Counted from the stretch's first letter, positions 1 to 9,464 are shown. The stretch: 45,740 nucleotides of DNA from an uncultured archaeon (GCA_964388035.1 CAYLZE010000034.1:1-45740), one strand, 5' to 3'. Numbers and translations: made by a program. The notes: generated by a model not told the origin, from the sequence alone.

Positions 1-2
1 TT

Positions 3-1568
3 TTTTCAAATAATTTAGATTTTCAAGAAAGAGGAAAATTCCTCAATGAACTTGAAGTCTATCCGAATATTAAATGCGCGGATTTTCTTATCAATAATAC
101 CTTAACTGAAAAGTTTAATTTGATCATTGGAAACCCTCCCTACGTTGAAAATAAAAAAATTACAAATAGAGATTATAAAAAGAGCTTATATAAACAATTT
201 GTTTCAGCCTTTAAATTATTTGATCTGTCTATCCTTTTTATTGAGCAATCTATAAAATTCCTTGATGAAACTGAGGGATATATCTCTTTTTTGATGCCTA
301 ATAAATTTTTATCTGCGGACTATGGGATAAAAATAAGAAATATCATTTTAAACAATGCGGAACTCAAGGAAATCCTTAATATCTCTTCTTTACCGCTTTT
401 CAATGGAATCTCAACTTATCCCATTATAATCACATTGAAAAAAGGCATCCCTAATCCCTCGAGTAATGTATTAATTAAGAAATATAGTACTATTCAAGAC
501 GTAAAAAAGTATAATCCTCCAAACCTTAAAATTCTCCCTCAATCGGCCATAAAAAATCTTCCTTCTCACGTAATCCCAATTGATGGAAACCTATCCTTAG
601 TACAATATCTCTACTCTCATTATCAGACTCTTGAAGATGCTTTTAAAAATTTAAGAATTGTTTATAGACCCTATTTATTTCTTAATTGGGATAAAATTTT
701 TGACAATATGGGGAATGCGGAGAACTTAGATAAAGAAAAGCTACATTTAATTGGTACTGGAAACGTGGGCCAATATTACTTTAATCTTAGCAAGCGCTTA
801 AAGATTGCAGGAAGAGATTTAGAATGTGCAATACCCTTCTATCACGGAAGTAATTATCACGAAGTTTGGAAGGAATTGCGTACCCAAAAATTGGTATTCC
901 GGGAAATTGCCAAAGACTTGACCTGCGCTTTTGATAATCATGGAATTTTTACTAATATTACCGGTTTGTATTTCATAATAATTCCCTCTTTCCAAGAACA
1001 ACAATATTATTGCTTGCAATCTCTCATGAATTCAAATTTAATGAATACCGTATTTAAAACGCTATTTGGCACGCTCCACATGTCAGGAGGCTTTTTAAGA
1101 TTCAATGGAAGCTTTCTAAAACGTTTAATTGTTCCTGATTCCTTTCCTACTATTTTGGCTAATCTCTCAAAGATCCTTCAGTTTCTCTCTCAACTGATTT
1201 ATTACATGAATAATCCAACCACAGGATTATCTCCTTTTTTGGAAAAAATGAAAACGGAAATAATTGCATGTTGCAACTCCTTTAAATTATTAAATAATGC
1301 TCTGATAAACTATCTTTTTCTAAAAGAAATACTAACCAATAAAGGACGGGATTTTTACCTCATTGAAGAATTTCTCAAAAGTGAGAATGCCTTCCCCAAA
1401 ATAAAGGAACTAAATCTTATTTTGCTCCTTTTGAACAATCAGGACATAAAAATTGGAGAGGATTTTAAAAATACCCTTTCCCTTATTCTCCAACATCATG
1501 AAGAGCTGAAAAGAATTAAAGAATTATGGCGACAATTAGCCATGATCAACGCTCAAATTTCCCTCTAA
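3..1568 (+). CDS. N6-adenine DNA methyltransferase (Eco57I/TaqI-like, gamma class) with C-terminal target-recognition domain; 5'-truncated by window edge
   Basis: The frame is open from base 3 (...NIKCADFL...KFNLIIGNPPY), so the TTG at 120 is not the true start. It has the NPPY catalytic motif, FLMPNKFLSADYG, and a TaqI_C-like region (KLVFREIAK...LMNS...GGFLRF). Confidence 0.85.
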   Translation, partial: FSNNLDFQERGKFLNELEVYPNIKCADFLINNTLTEKFNLIIGNPPYVENKKITNRDYKKSLYKQFVSAFKLFDLSILFIEQSIKFLDETEGYISFLMPNKFLSADYGIKIRNIILNNAELKEILNISSLPLFNGISTYPIIITLKKGIPNPSSNVLIKKYSTIQDVKKYNPPNLKILPQSAIKNLPSHVIPIDGNLSLVQYLYSHYQTLEDAFKNLRIVYRPYLFLNWDKIFDNMGNAENLDKEKLHLIGTGNVGQYYFNLSKRLKIAGRDLECAIPFYHGSNYHEVWKELRTQKLVFREIAKDLTCAFDNHGIFTNITGLYFIIIPSFQEQQYYCLQSLMNSNLMNTVFKTLFGTLHMSGGFLRFNGSFLKRLIVPDSFPTILANLSKILQFLSQLIYYMNNPTTGLSPFLEKMKTEIIACCNSFKLLNNALINYLFLKEILTNKGRDFYLIEEFLKSENAFPKIKELNLILLLLNNQDIKIGEDFKNTLSLILQHHEELKRIKELWRQLAMINAQISL

Positions 1569-1578
1569 TCTGGAAATC

Positions 1579-1594
1579 TGGTTTTTAAAAACCA
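1579..1594. promoter_or_regulatory. Perfect 16-bp palindrome TGGTTTTTAAAAACCA (operator or terminator hairpin)
   Basis: Read directly. It lies 10 nt after the MTase stop and upstream of the AbrB/PhoU gene; function is inferred. Confidence 0.4.
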
Positions 1595-1600
1595 TTATTA

Positions 1601-1649
1601 TAAAAAAATATATCAAGATAAAAAAATATATCAAGATAAAAAAATATAT
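1601..1649. repeat. 18-bp tandem repeat TAAAAAAATATATCAAGA x2.7
   Basis: Identical copies at 1601-1618 and 1619-1636, plus a 13-nt partial copy at 1637-1649. Confidence 0.85.
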
Positions 1650-1707
1650 AAAAATTGAAGAATTATATATTAATATAACTAACATTTTATTTCTAAACCG
1701 TGATATC

Positions 1708-2679
1708 ATGGATAAAGAAAAGGATTTAAAAAGTAAATATGTTAGAAGCGTTATAAAGCTTGGAAATTCAAGAGCAATAACATTTCCTCAAGAATGGACC
1801 ACCATTGCAAATTTAGAAGAGAAGAGCGAAGTTAATCTCTATCCTATCGATGAAAAATCGATTATTATAAGAGCGAAAGATGATGCTGAGGTTAAAACGG
1901 TATTAAAAGTCGATAGTACGAAATGGCCAATAAAGCTAATGCGACAAGCCTTAATTTCAGCGTTTAAGCTAAATGTGGATGAGATCTATATTAAGTATCC
2001 TAAAGAGGATGAGGAAAAGCTTTATGAATTGTTAATTGAATCCCGTAAAGAGATCATTGGGTTGGATTTCAAGACCCAAAATAATCAATTTTACGTGAAT
2101 TTCTTATTAGATACCAAAAAAACGGATTTTTCTGAAGTATTAATGGATCTCGCGAGTGTTTTTCAAACGATCATCTCCAATGTCATTAACGGTAAAGGAA
2201 ATAAGCATAATGAACTTCTATTAGCGGAAATCGACAGAAAATATTCCTTGGGAACGAGGATTCTCATTACGGGGCTGTCAGAATTTCCATTTTCCCGAGG
2301 ACATCACAACTTTCCTTTAATCCGATTTTTAGGAAATCGGGTCATTCTACTTTATATAAGGGATTTTATAAATGAGTCCTTAAACTTTCAAAAACTTCCG
2401 TTTGAAATTATCAAAAAATATTCGTCTCTCTTATCCAGAATACCAAACATGTTGATCGATATTATTAAGAATTACGACCAGATCACGCTAGAATCTATTT
2501 CTGAATTTCAAGATTATTTAAAAACACTTCACGAGAGATTTACAGCGATATCATTTAATGAAAATGAGGGAAATGAGCTCCAGATAAGGACCATGATAAG
2601 CTATTTTCTCAATATCTTCCATAACTTCTTTGATATTGGGATAACCCGCTTGATAGAAAGTGAAATCGGGATGGCTTAA
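1708..2679 (+). CDS. AbrB/MazE-type DNA-binding domain fused to a PhoU-like helical region (archaeal phosphate-uptake-regulator-like)
   Basis: N-terminal VRSVIKLGNSRAITFPQEW...EVNL swapped-hairpin signature, followed by LISAF..NVDEIYI and EIDRKY segments typical of archaeal AbrB-PhoU proteins. Confidence 0.7.
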   Translation: MDKEKDLKSKYVRSVIKLGNSRAITFPQEWTTIANLEEKSEVNLYPIDEKSIIIRAKDDAEVKTVLKVDSTKWPIKLMRQALISAFKLNVDEIYIKYPKEDEEKLYELLIESRKEIIGLDFKTQNNQFYVNFLLDTKKTDFSEVLMDLASVFQTIISNVINGKGNKHNELLLAEIDRKYSLGTRILITGLSEFPFSRGHHNFPLIRFLGNRVILLYIRDFINESLNFQKLPFEIIKKYSSLLSRIPNMLIDIIKNYDQITLESISEFQDYLKTLHERFTAISFNENEGNELQIRTMISYFLNIFHNFFDIGITRLIESEIGMA

Positions 2680-2704
2680 AATAATTTATGATTAGCTTAA
2701 ATGC

Positions 2705-3454
2705 TTAGTGAGGTAAAGAATCAAAAAACTTCAACATTTTCTTGCTTTCTGCATCGTATTTGGTGAGTTTTTCAATAGGAAAGAGGGAATGAAATAATAA
2801 ATAGGGTTTCTCAATAACATCCGACTCTTCATGATTTTTTTTGATTATTTCTCTGAGTTGTTCCTTGAATTGTTTAGTAATTTCCTCATATTCTTTGTAA
2901 GATTTTTCATCTAAAAAGCAAAGTTCATATTCAAATAAGTTATAAAAGAACAATTTCAGGTAATCATCAAATGACCCTTTTTCAATGGTAGAAGTTAGAG
3001 CATTAAAGTCTTGATAAAATTTACTTGCTCTTTCAAAAATTTGAGACATTGTTTTTAAGAACAAGGAATTTTTAACCATTAAATACTGGATTATTTGTTT
3101 TAAATCTTCTTCTTTAAGGTTTTTTAAGCGATTTGGATCTAACGCAGTATTCTGGAGAAAGTTTTTCTTTAAGCTAAAAATTTTTGAATCAATGGATCCT
3201 CTCGCATCTTTTTCCGTAACTTCAAGCAACTTATTCTTATCCAATTTTTTTAAATGATGAGTAATCGTAGACTTAACTTTTCCCACGAGTGAGCTCATCT
3301 TCGTAAGGCTTACTTCCGAAAAAATGAGAAGAAATAGTATGATACGGAGAGGGGTATCTCCGTTCATGAGTTCCAATATTTCTATATCCTCTTTTAATTG
3401 ATTGATGATTGCTTTTAATTCTTTATCATCCATCTCATCGTTTTTTTTCTGCAT
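2705..3454 (-). CDS. Winged-helix (ArsR/HTH_20-like) transcriptional regulator
   Basis: LRIILFLLIFSEVSLTKMSSLVGKVKSTITHHLKKLDKNKLLEV HTH plus wing, with a helical C-terminal domain. Confidence 0.75.
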   Translation of the reverse strand: MQKKNDEMDDKELKAIINQLKEDIEILELMNGDTPLRIILFLLIFSEVSLTKMSSLVGKVKSTITHHLKKLDKNKLLEVTEKDARGSIDSKIFSLKKNFLQNTALDPNRLKNLKEEDLKQIIQYLMVKNSLFLKTMSQIFERASKFYQDFNALTSTIEKGSFDDYLKLFFYNLFEYELCFLDEKSYKEYEEITKQFKEQLREIIKKNHEESDVIEKPYLLFHSLFPIEKLTKYDAESKKMLKFFDSLPH

Positions 3455-3983
3455 TATTAACCGTGGTAAATACCTAATTTTAACTTTAAAAGCTTAATCT
3501 ACAAATTTTCTTTTACGCTGATCAAATCACTTATTCAATTTTTTTCATTTACCTTTAGCATTTATTACATTTCATCCAAAAAGACCCAAATAAGATAAGG
3601 ATATACTCTTATTAATCTTTTTTTAGAAGGGGTCATATCTGCGAATTCATAATTTTAGTAATATCATGCATTATTTAGATTGGAAATTTTAAAATTGCTC
3701 AATTACTAATAATTTAATAAAACCTCATCCTCTTTTAAAAATCATGCTAGCGATCTTGCGGGATCACGCACACGCTTACAGATAAATACCTTTGAAAAAA
3801 TAACGCCATCTTTTGCTAACTTATAAATATAGGGTGAAATCATAAATTTTTGATAATAAATATCGCAAGCATCGTGCCCGTTGGTGATCACTAAAAATGA
3901 AATGGTATATTGGGTTTTTTGGGAATATTCATGGTTTTAGATTTTTTTTTTCCCTAATTTATTATTTATTAAACAATCCCTCG

Positions 3984-5192
3984 CTAAGTATGATCTTGAA
4001 TATATTTTTTGTCTTGATTGATACAATAATACCATAGATTTCTTGACATTAAACAATAATCTTCCCTCCCCATTTTTTCTAATATAACTATCCTCCATTT
4101 ACGAGCCTCTAAATTTTGAGGGTATGTCGCTATTAGTATATCTAAAATTTGGAGAGCTAATTGACTCTTTCCTTTATCATGTAGAAATCGTGATCTTTTT
4201 ATGATTTTGCTCGGCTCTCCTATGAGATCACATATTTCTTTCATCACTTCCTTTTCTGGTCTGGGTAGCAAATGAGCAGGATTTCCATCAAAATATCCGT
4301 GATACCACCGATACACGTTAAAAACGAAGAATTCTGGACGGGAATATCTTTGTTTAAGATAGGGACTTTTTTCTAACTGATTTGGAAGCTTAACTCGGTG
4401 AATCATTTCGGAAACCGGAATATCTTCATTTATCAAGTCAATAATTTGATTATGTAAGGCTCTAATCGCTTCGCTCGTTTGTTCGAGTGCTTTTAGTGCC
4501 CTTTTTCCTTTAAAAAAGTTTCCTCCGTAAAAAACATATTTTGGATTCTTTGCTCTAATGTTTTCCAAGGCTTTTACCCAGTCCAAAGCAAAACGGGCGG
4601 GCTTCCAAGGATTACCTACATTAGGAAAACTGCCTATTAATAAGTCCCCAACAAATGCAGTTGCAAGTTCAGGCACGTATACCCAGCAGGCATCATCAGT
4701 TTCTGCACGTTCAGAATATAACTCAAATGTTTTATCTCCCAATTTAAAACTCATCTCACCTAAAAAGGTCTTTGTTGGATAGAGATACACATTTTCATCC
4801 TGTACCTCTGGAATATTAAACTGTTGAGAAGCTATTCGCGCCTCATGGGAAGCTAACATTTTATATTTATCTAATCTTGTAACAAGATATTTATTCGCAA
4901 CAATTTCTGGTTTCTGAGACATAAAGACAGTTGAGCCACCGACATGATCTTTATGCCCATGTGTATAAATGATATATTTGAGAGTTCCCTTGATCTTTTC
5001 AAATACCTTCTTAGCAGCATCTCTTGTTAATAATGTATCTATTAAAACAACCCCTTCTGTTGTCTTAATCCACGTGCATCCCGAAATTATTTGATTAGCA
5101 GCATGTACATCCTTCAAAGGATTCGTAAATATGACTTCATTTTGATTTAAAACATTTACTGGATTCAAGGAATAACCGTTCTTGTCATTCAT
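3984..5192 (-). CDS. Metallo-beta-lactamase-fold alkylsulfatase-like hydrolase (SdsA/Pisa1/BDS1 family) with dimerisation domain
   Basis: THGHKDHVGG (HxHxDH), AETDD, VGDL, FPNVGNP, and YHGYFDGNPAHL (alkylsulfatase dimerisation motif). No C-terminal SCP2 domain. Confidence 0.8.
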   Translation of the reverse strand: MNDKNGYSLNPVNVLNQNEVIFTNPLKDVHAANQIISGCTWIKTTEGVVLIDTLLTRDAAKKVFEKIKGTLKYIIYTHGHKDHVGGSTVFMSQKPEIVANKYLVTRLDKYKMLASHEARIASQQFNIPEVQDENVYLYPTKTFLGEMSFKLGDKTFELYSERAETDDACWVYVPELATAFVGDLLIGSFPNVGNPWKPARFALDWVKALENIRAKNPKYVFYGGNFFKGKRALKALEQTSEAIRALHNQIIDLINEDIPVSEMIHRVKLPNQLEKSPYLKQRYSRPEFFVFNVYRWYHGYFDGNPAHLLPRPEKEVMKEICDLIGEPSKIIKRSRFLHDKGKSQLALQILDILIATYPQNLEARKWRIVILEKMGREDYCLMSRNLWYYCINQDKKYIQDHT

Positions 5193-5340
5193 TTTTTACC
5201 TCATTCTCATCTCTTTTATTCTTACTTTTTCTGCAAATTATAATGAAAATTTGTCATCGGGGGATAAATGGTAATGACCAGAAGAGCACCATTTCAATTG
5301 GTCGCGCATAAAATTAATAATTTACGATTTATTAATATAG

Positions 5341-5364
5341 TTGAACATTCGAGATATATAAATA
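5341..5364 (+). promoter_or_regulatory. Operator palindrome TTGAA-CA-TTCGA plus TATA box (TATAAATA, 5357-5364) of the corrinoid operon
   Basis: Same motif and same 4-nt spacing to TATA as at 9331, 16606 and 19035. Confidence 0.75.
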
Positions 5365-5490
5365 CTATTGAAATGTTTAAATAAAATAATTTCTTCTTTG
5401 AATTTAAATATTGTTAATTAATGAAATTTTGATCTATAAAAATTTGACATTCTCGTCAAATAATTAATTATGAAAATAATGGATATATAA

Positions 5491-6135
5491 ATGAAGTCGA
5501 ATTTAAAAAATAATTTAATACAGCTCGAGCAAGATAAAGTATTGGACGAAATTGAAAGTCGTCTTGAGGAGGGAGAAGATCCCCTTAGATTAATTGAAGA
5601 ATGCAATCAAGCTATGACCGAAATCGGAGAGAAATACAAAGCTAAGGATTATTTTCTTGCGGAACTGATGGCCTCTGGAGAAATCTTTAAAGAAGCAATG
5701 AAAATCATTGACCCTTACTTGGGTGGGAAAATTATTGGAGGTAAAAGCAAGGGAAAAATAATTTTAGCAACCATTCAAGGAGACATCCATGATTTAGGCA
5801 AGAATATCCTTGCAACTCTCTTAAAATTAGAAAGTTTTGAAGTATTTGATTTAGGCGTGGATGTCGCTCCTGAAGTAATCATTAACAAGGTAAAAGAAAT
5901 TAAGCCAGATATTTTAGGATTTTCGGCATTGCTTACCGTCACTTTTGATCCGATGAAACAAGTAATTGATAAATTAAAGGAAGACGGTTTGCAAGATCAA
6001 TTAAAAATAATGGTCGGTGGAGGAATTACAACCACATTGGTAAAAGAGTACGTAGGTGCCGATTTTCAAGCCATCGATGCACTAGAAGGAGTAAAATACT
6101 GTTTAGAACTAATAAACTCGCGAGGCGGAAAGTAA
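5491..6135 (+). CDS. Corrinoid (B12-binding) methyl-carrier protein, MtaC/MttC family
   Basis: N-terminal cap (MTEIGEKY...YFLAELMASGE), DIHDLG (DxHxxG), SAL and MVGGG B12-binding motifs. Confidence 0.92.
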   Translation: MKSNLKNNLIQLEQDKVLDEIESRLEEGEDPLRLIEECNQAMTEIGEKYKAKDYFLAELMASGEIFKEAMKIIDPYLGGKIIGGKSKGKIILATIQGDIHDLGKNILATLLKLESFEVFDLGVDVAPEVIINKVKEIKPDILGFSALLTVTFDPMKQVIDKLKEDGLQDQLKIMVGGGITTTLVKEYVGADFQAIDALEGVKYCLELINSRGGK

Positions 6136-6138
6136 ACT

Positions 6139-7269
6139 ATGAAAGAAGAATACATGACTCCAGAAGAAAGGGTATATGCTGCCATTAATCTCGAACAACC
6201 TGACCGTGTTCCGATCGTTCCTCTTGCTGGCATGGACTTAGCAGCACATTATTTTGGAATGAACACCGTAGAAATGCACAAAGATCCAAAAAAAGGGCTC
6301 GATATCATGCTCAAATTTTTTGATGAATTTGGAGGTTGGGATGCATATACGACCATCCCCCTTACAAAGGGCTCTTATACTATTGCGGGATATAAAGTGA
6401 AGGCGCCAGGAATGGAATTACCGGATGATTATTTTTTACAATTTGATGAAGGAGAATGGTTAAAAATAGAGGATTATAAAACTATTGCTGATGTTGGATG
6501 GGCAAAGTTTAATGCAACAGATTTTGTGTATCGAATCTCTAATTGGACACCTGAAGATGCTGAAAATGCTCGAGTAACTCAGCGGAAATTGATGGGATAT
6601 GCAATGTATCAATGGTCGAAGCGAAACGTGGGAATGAAGGTAGGATCTTCTTTTAATCATCCTTTCTTTACTCTCTCTTTAAATCGCTCCATGATAAAAT
6701 TCACGCAAGATCTTTATCAGCGACCAGAATTGGTAGAAGCAGCTCTTGATACGATGACTGACGAACTTATAAGGAGAATAATTAAACAATGTCAACTTTC
6801 ACGCGGGAATGTGGTCTTTATCCCCGAAGAAAGAGCCGAGGACGCGATATATCCCTTGAAAATTTTCGAACGATTCTGGTGGCCGTTTACGAAAAGAATG
6901 GTAGAAAAACTGCACGATAAAGGCATCATACCCTGGTTTCATCTAGATCAATGTTGGGATTTAAATATTCCCTACTTTAAAGAATTACCTAGAGCATCGT
7001 GCTTTTTGGATTTTGATGGCTTGACCGACATCTTCAAAGCAAAAGAAATCTTACATGATCATCTTTGTATCATGAGCGATGTAAGCGCATCTTTATTTTC
7101 AATAGGAACACCAGATCAGGTCGAAGATTATTGTAAGAAGCTCATTGATAAACTAGGTGTTGATGGAGGTCACATCTTGGGCTCGGGTTGTGAAATCCCC
7201 CCTACTTGTAAGCCAGAAAATTTTAAAAGATTCCTCCATGTAGGAAAAACCTATCAATTATCTAAATAA
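6139..7269 (+). CDS. UroD/MtaA-CmuA superfamily corrinoid methyltransferase
   Basis: TPEERVYAAINLEQPDRVPIVP N-terminus, FERFWWP, WFHLD, GTPDQVEDYCKKLI and GSGCEIP. Starts 3 nt after the corrinoid gene. Confidence 0.82.
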   Translation: MKEEYMTPEERVYAAINLEQPDRVPIVPLAGMDLAAHYFGMNTVEMHKDPKKGLDIMLKFFDEFGGWDAYTTIPLTKGSYTIAGYKVKAPGMELPDDYFLQFDEGEWLKIEDYKTIADVGWAKFNATDFVYRISNWTPEDAENARVTQRKLMGYAMYQWSKRNVGMKVGSSFNHPFFTLSLNRSMIKFTQDLYQRPELVEAALDTMTDELIRRIIKQCQLSRGNVVFIPEERAEDAIYPLKIFERFWWPFTKRMVEKLHDKGIIPWFHLDQCWDLNIPYFKELPRASCFLDFDGLTDIFKAKEILHDHLCIMSDVSASLFSIGTPDQVEDYCKKLIDKLGVDGGHILGSGCEIPPTCKPENFKRFLHVGKTYQLSK

Positions 7270-7324
7270 TTTTCTATAAAATTTGTAAAATTAAAACGAA
7301 AAATAAAATATTGGAAAATATACC

Positions 7325-9151
7325 ATGAGAGATTCAAAGGTCAAAGATCCAGATCTAATCGATAAAAAAGAATACAGGAAAAGAAGAATGGAATTATTCA
7401 AGAAGTACGGTCCGCTAATTCAAGAAATTCTGGACATGCCTTCCGAGAATAAATTATCGTGGGGAATGCTCGTAGAAGATAATGCAAATAAATATCCCGA
7501 TAACCCTGCAATTAAATTTGAGGATATCACTCTAACTTACAAACAATTTAATGATTCGGTCAATCAATATGCTCATTACTTCATTTTTTTGGGTTTGAAA
7601 AAAGGGGACGTCGTAGAGATAATGATGACAAATCGGATAGAATTATTGGTCATTTTTACTGCGATTGCCAAGCTCGGGGCAATTAGCTCGTTGATTAATA
7701 TTGATATGCGGGGAAACGGTCTGATATATTGTCTAAATAAAACCCCCGGAAAATTTCTGATAATTGGCTCGGAATTAATTGATGAATTCGTGGATGTCAA
7801 GCCTAACCTTAATTTATCACCAGATCAGATCCTTTTCTTTTCCCCTGATCGCGATTCTAAAGGTGTTCCGGAAGGATTTATTGACATTAGTCAAGAGGTA
7901 AAAAATTACCCTTTAGATAATCCTCCCACTACTAACACTGTTAAAACCAAGGACCCAGTCGCGTATTTATTCACATCTGGTACCACTGGCCTTCCCAAGG
8001 CGGCTATAATTATCCACTATAGATTTGTTGGGAGCGCTTATTATTTTGGTCTTTTGATGGCAGAAATTACTCCCAATGATACCGTATATGTACCCCTTCC
8101 CTTTTTTCATGGAACACCTTTAGCGGTTGGTTGGTCCATTGCTTTTTCGAGAGGAGCTGCTTTAGCATTTTGCCGAAAATTCAGCATATCCAGCTTCTGG
8201 GAAGATATACGTAAATTTAATGCAACTGTTTTCATTTATATCGGAGAATTATTAAGATATTTATTGAATCAAACGCCTTCTTCCGATGACAAAAATCATT
8301 CCATAAGAGCAGTTCTCGGTCCAGGACTGCGGCCAGAAATCTGGATGGATTTTAAAGAGCGCTTTGGGATTGATTATGTTGGAGAATTTTACGGAGCTAG
8401 CGAATGTGCCGCTATTTTTGCTAATATTTTAAATTTTGATCGTACTATGGGCACCTGTTCTTCTAATTTTGCGATAGTTAAATATGATTTAGAAGAAGAA
8501 ATTCCGATTAGAAACGATAGTGGGTTCATGGAAAAGGTAGATGAAGGTGGGATAGGATTATTGCTCTTTGAGAGCAAGGGTACCACCTCTTTTAGAGGAT
8601 ATACCGATAAGGAAGCCACCCAAGCGAAGTTGATTAATAATGTTTTTACTGAAGGCGATATATGGTTTAATTCTGGTGATTTAGTAAAAGATCAAGGGTG
8701 CGCGCATGCTCAATTTGTCGATCGTCTTGGAGATACGTTCCGATGGAAAGGACACAATATCTCTACTACTGAAGTAGAACAAGTGCTCAATTTATTCGAT
8801 AAGGTCTTGTTTTCAACGGTGTATGGTGTAGAATTACCCCATATAGATGGAAGAGCAGGGATGGCAGCCATCGTAACAAGCACTCCTATCGAAGATTTTA
8901 ATTTAAAAGGTCTCACAGCTATATTTGACAGAAACCTCGCGCCGTATGCTAAACCAATTATTCTGAGATTCAAATCAAGTTTATCCATCACGCCAACTTT
9001 TAAATTTAAAAAAATTAAATTGAAAAAAGAAGGCTTTGATCGTGATAAGATTAAAGATCCCTTGTTTATCTTGTTGCCCGGCGAGAAAGAATACGTGCCG
9101 TTAACAAAAGAAATCCATGAAAAAGTACACCATGGCCAATATAAATTCTAA
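7325..9151 (+). CDS. Long/very-long-chain acyl-CoA synthetase, FATP/SLC27 (FadD6-like) subfamily
   Basis: AMP-binding motifs FTSGTTGLPKAA and EFYGASE, plus the FATP signature FVDRLGDTFRWKGHNISTTEVE. Confidence 0.9.
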   Translation: MRDSKVKDPDLIDKKEYRKRRMELFKKYGPLIQEILDMPSENKLSWGMLVEDNANKYPDNPAIKFEDITLTYKQFNDSVNQYAHYFIFLGLKKGDVVEIMMTNRIELLVIFTAIAKLGAISSLINIDMRGNGLIYCLNKTPGKFLIIGSELIDEFVDVKPNLNLSPDQILFFSPDRDSKGVPEGFIDISQEVKNYPLDNPPTTNTVKTKDPVAYLFTSGTTGLPKAAIIIHYRFVGSAYYFGLLMAEITPNDTVYVPLPFFHGTPLAVGWSIAFSRGAALAFCRKFSISSFWEDIRKFNATVFIYIGELLRYLLNQTPSSDDKNHSIRAVLGPGLRPEIWMDFKERFGIDYVGEFYGASECAAIFANILNFDRTMGTCSSNFAIVKYDLEEEIPIRNDSGFMEKVDEGGIGLLLFESKGTTSFRGYTDKEATQAKLINNVFTEGDIWFNSGDLVKDQGCAHAQFVDRLGDTFRWKGHNISTTEVEQVLNLFDKVLFSTVYGVELPHIDGRAGMAAIVTSTPIEDFNLKGLTAIFDRNLAPYAKPIILRFKSSLSITPTFKFKKIKLKKEGFDRDKIKDPLFILLPGEKEYVPLTKEIHEKVHHGQYKF

Positions 9152-9330
9152 AAATATAAATCAATTTTTTATTCTTAAATTTAGCGCTTATGCTGATACA
9201 TTTATCAACAGAGTAAAGTAAATAAATTGTTTTTAATATGCATCTTACCAGATTTGCAAAAATCCTAATAATTGGTAAAATTCATGTTTAATTGGAGAAA
9301 GATTTAGTAATTTATCAATAAATAAAATAT

Positions 9331-9354
9331 TTGAACATTCAATTAATATATATA
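9331..9354 (+). promoter_or_regulatory. Perfect operator palindrome TTGAA-CA-TTCAA plus TATA box (TATATATA, 9347-9354) of the acx operon
   Basis: Read directly. Part of a 72-nt block homologous to 5341-5412. Confidence 0.78.
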
Positions 9355-9464
9355 ACATTGAAATGTTTAAATAGTATTATGACTTCTTTGAATTTAAATA
9401 TTAATTTTTAACAATTTGACATTCAGTAAAGCGAATTGTAGCTATAAAAAAAAATGATATAAAT

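Noticed and set aside
3-1568. Complete restriction-modification or defence island
   Set aside because: Only the methyltransferase/TRD part is visible. No nuclease or other defence gene lies downstream, and the upstream context is outside the window.
1601-1649. Possible CRISPR-like repeat
   Set aside because: The copies are directly adjacent with no spacers, only 18 bp long, and no cas genes are present.
3745-3895. GC-richer patches with a weak inverted match (CGATCTTGCG / CGCAAGCATCG) suggesting a MITE or ncRNA
   Set aside because: The match is short and gapped, and I found no target-site duplication, second copy or convincing fold.
5250-5296. Fluoride-riboswitch-like look on the minus strand (GAAATGGTGCTCTTC...GATGAC)
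   Set aside because: P1 is imperfect, the 3' segment cannot pair with GGTG, the central conserved elements are missing, and the downstream gene is unrelated to fluoride.
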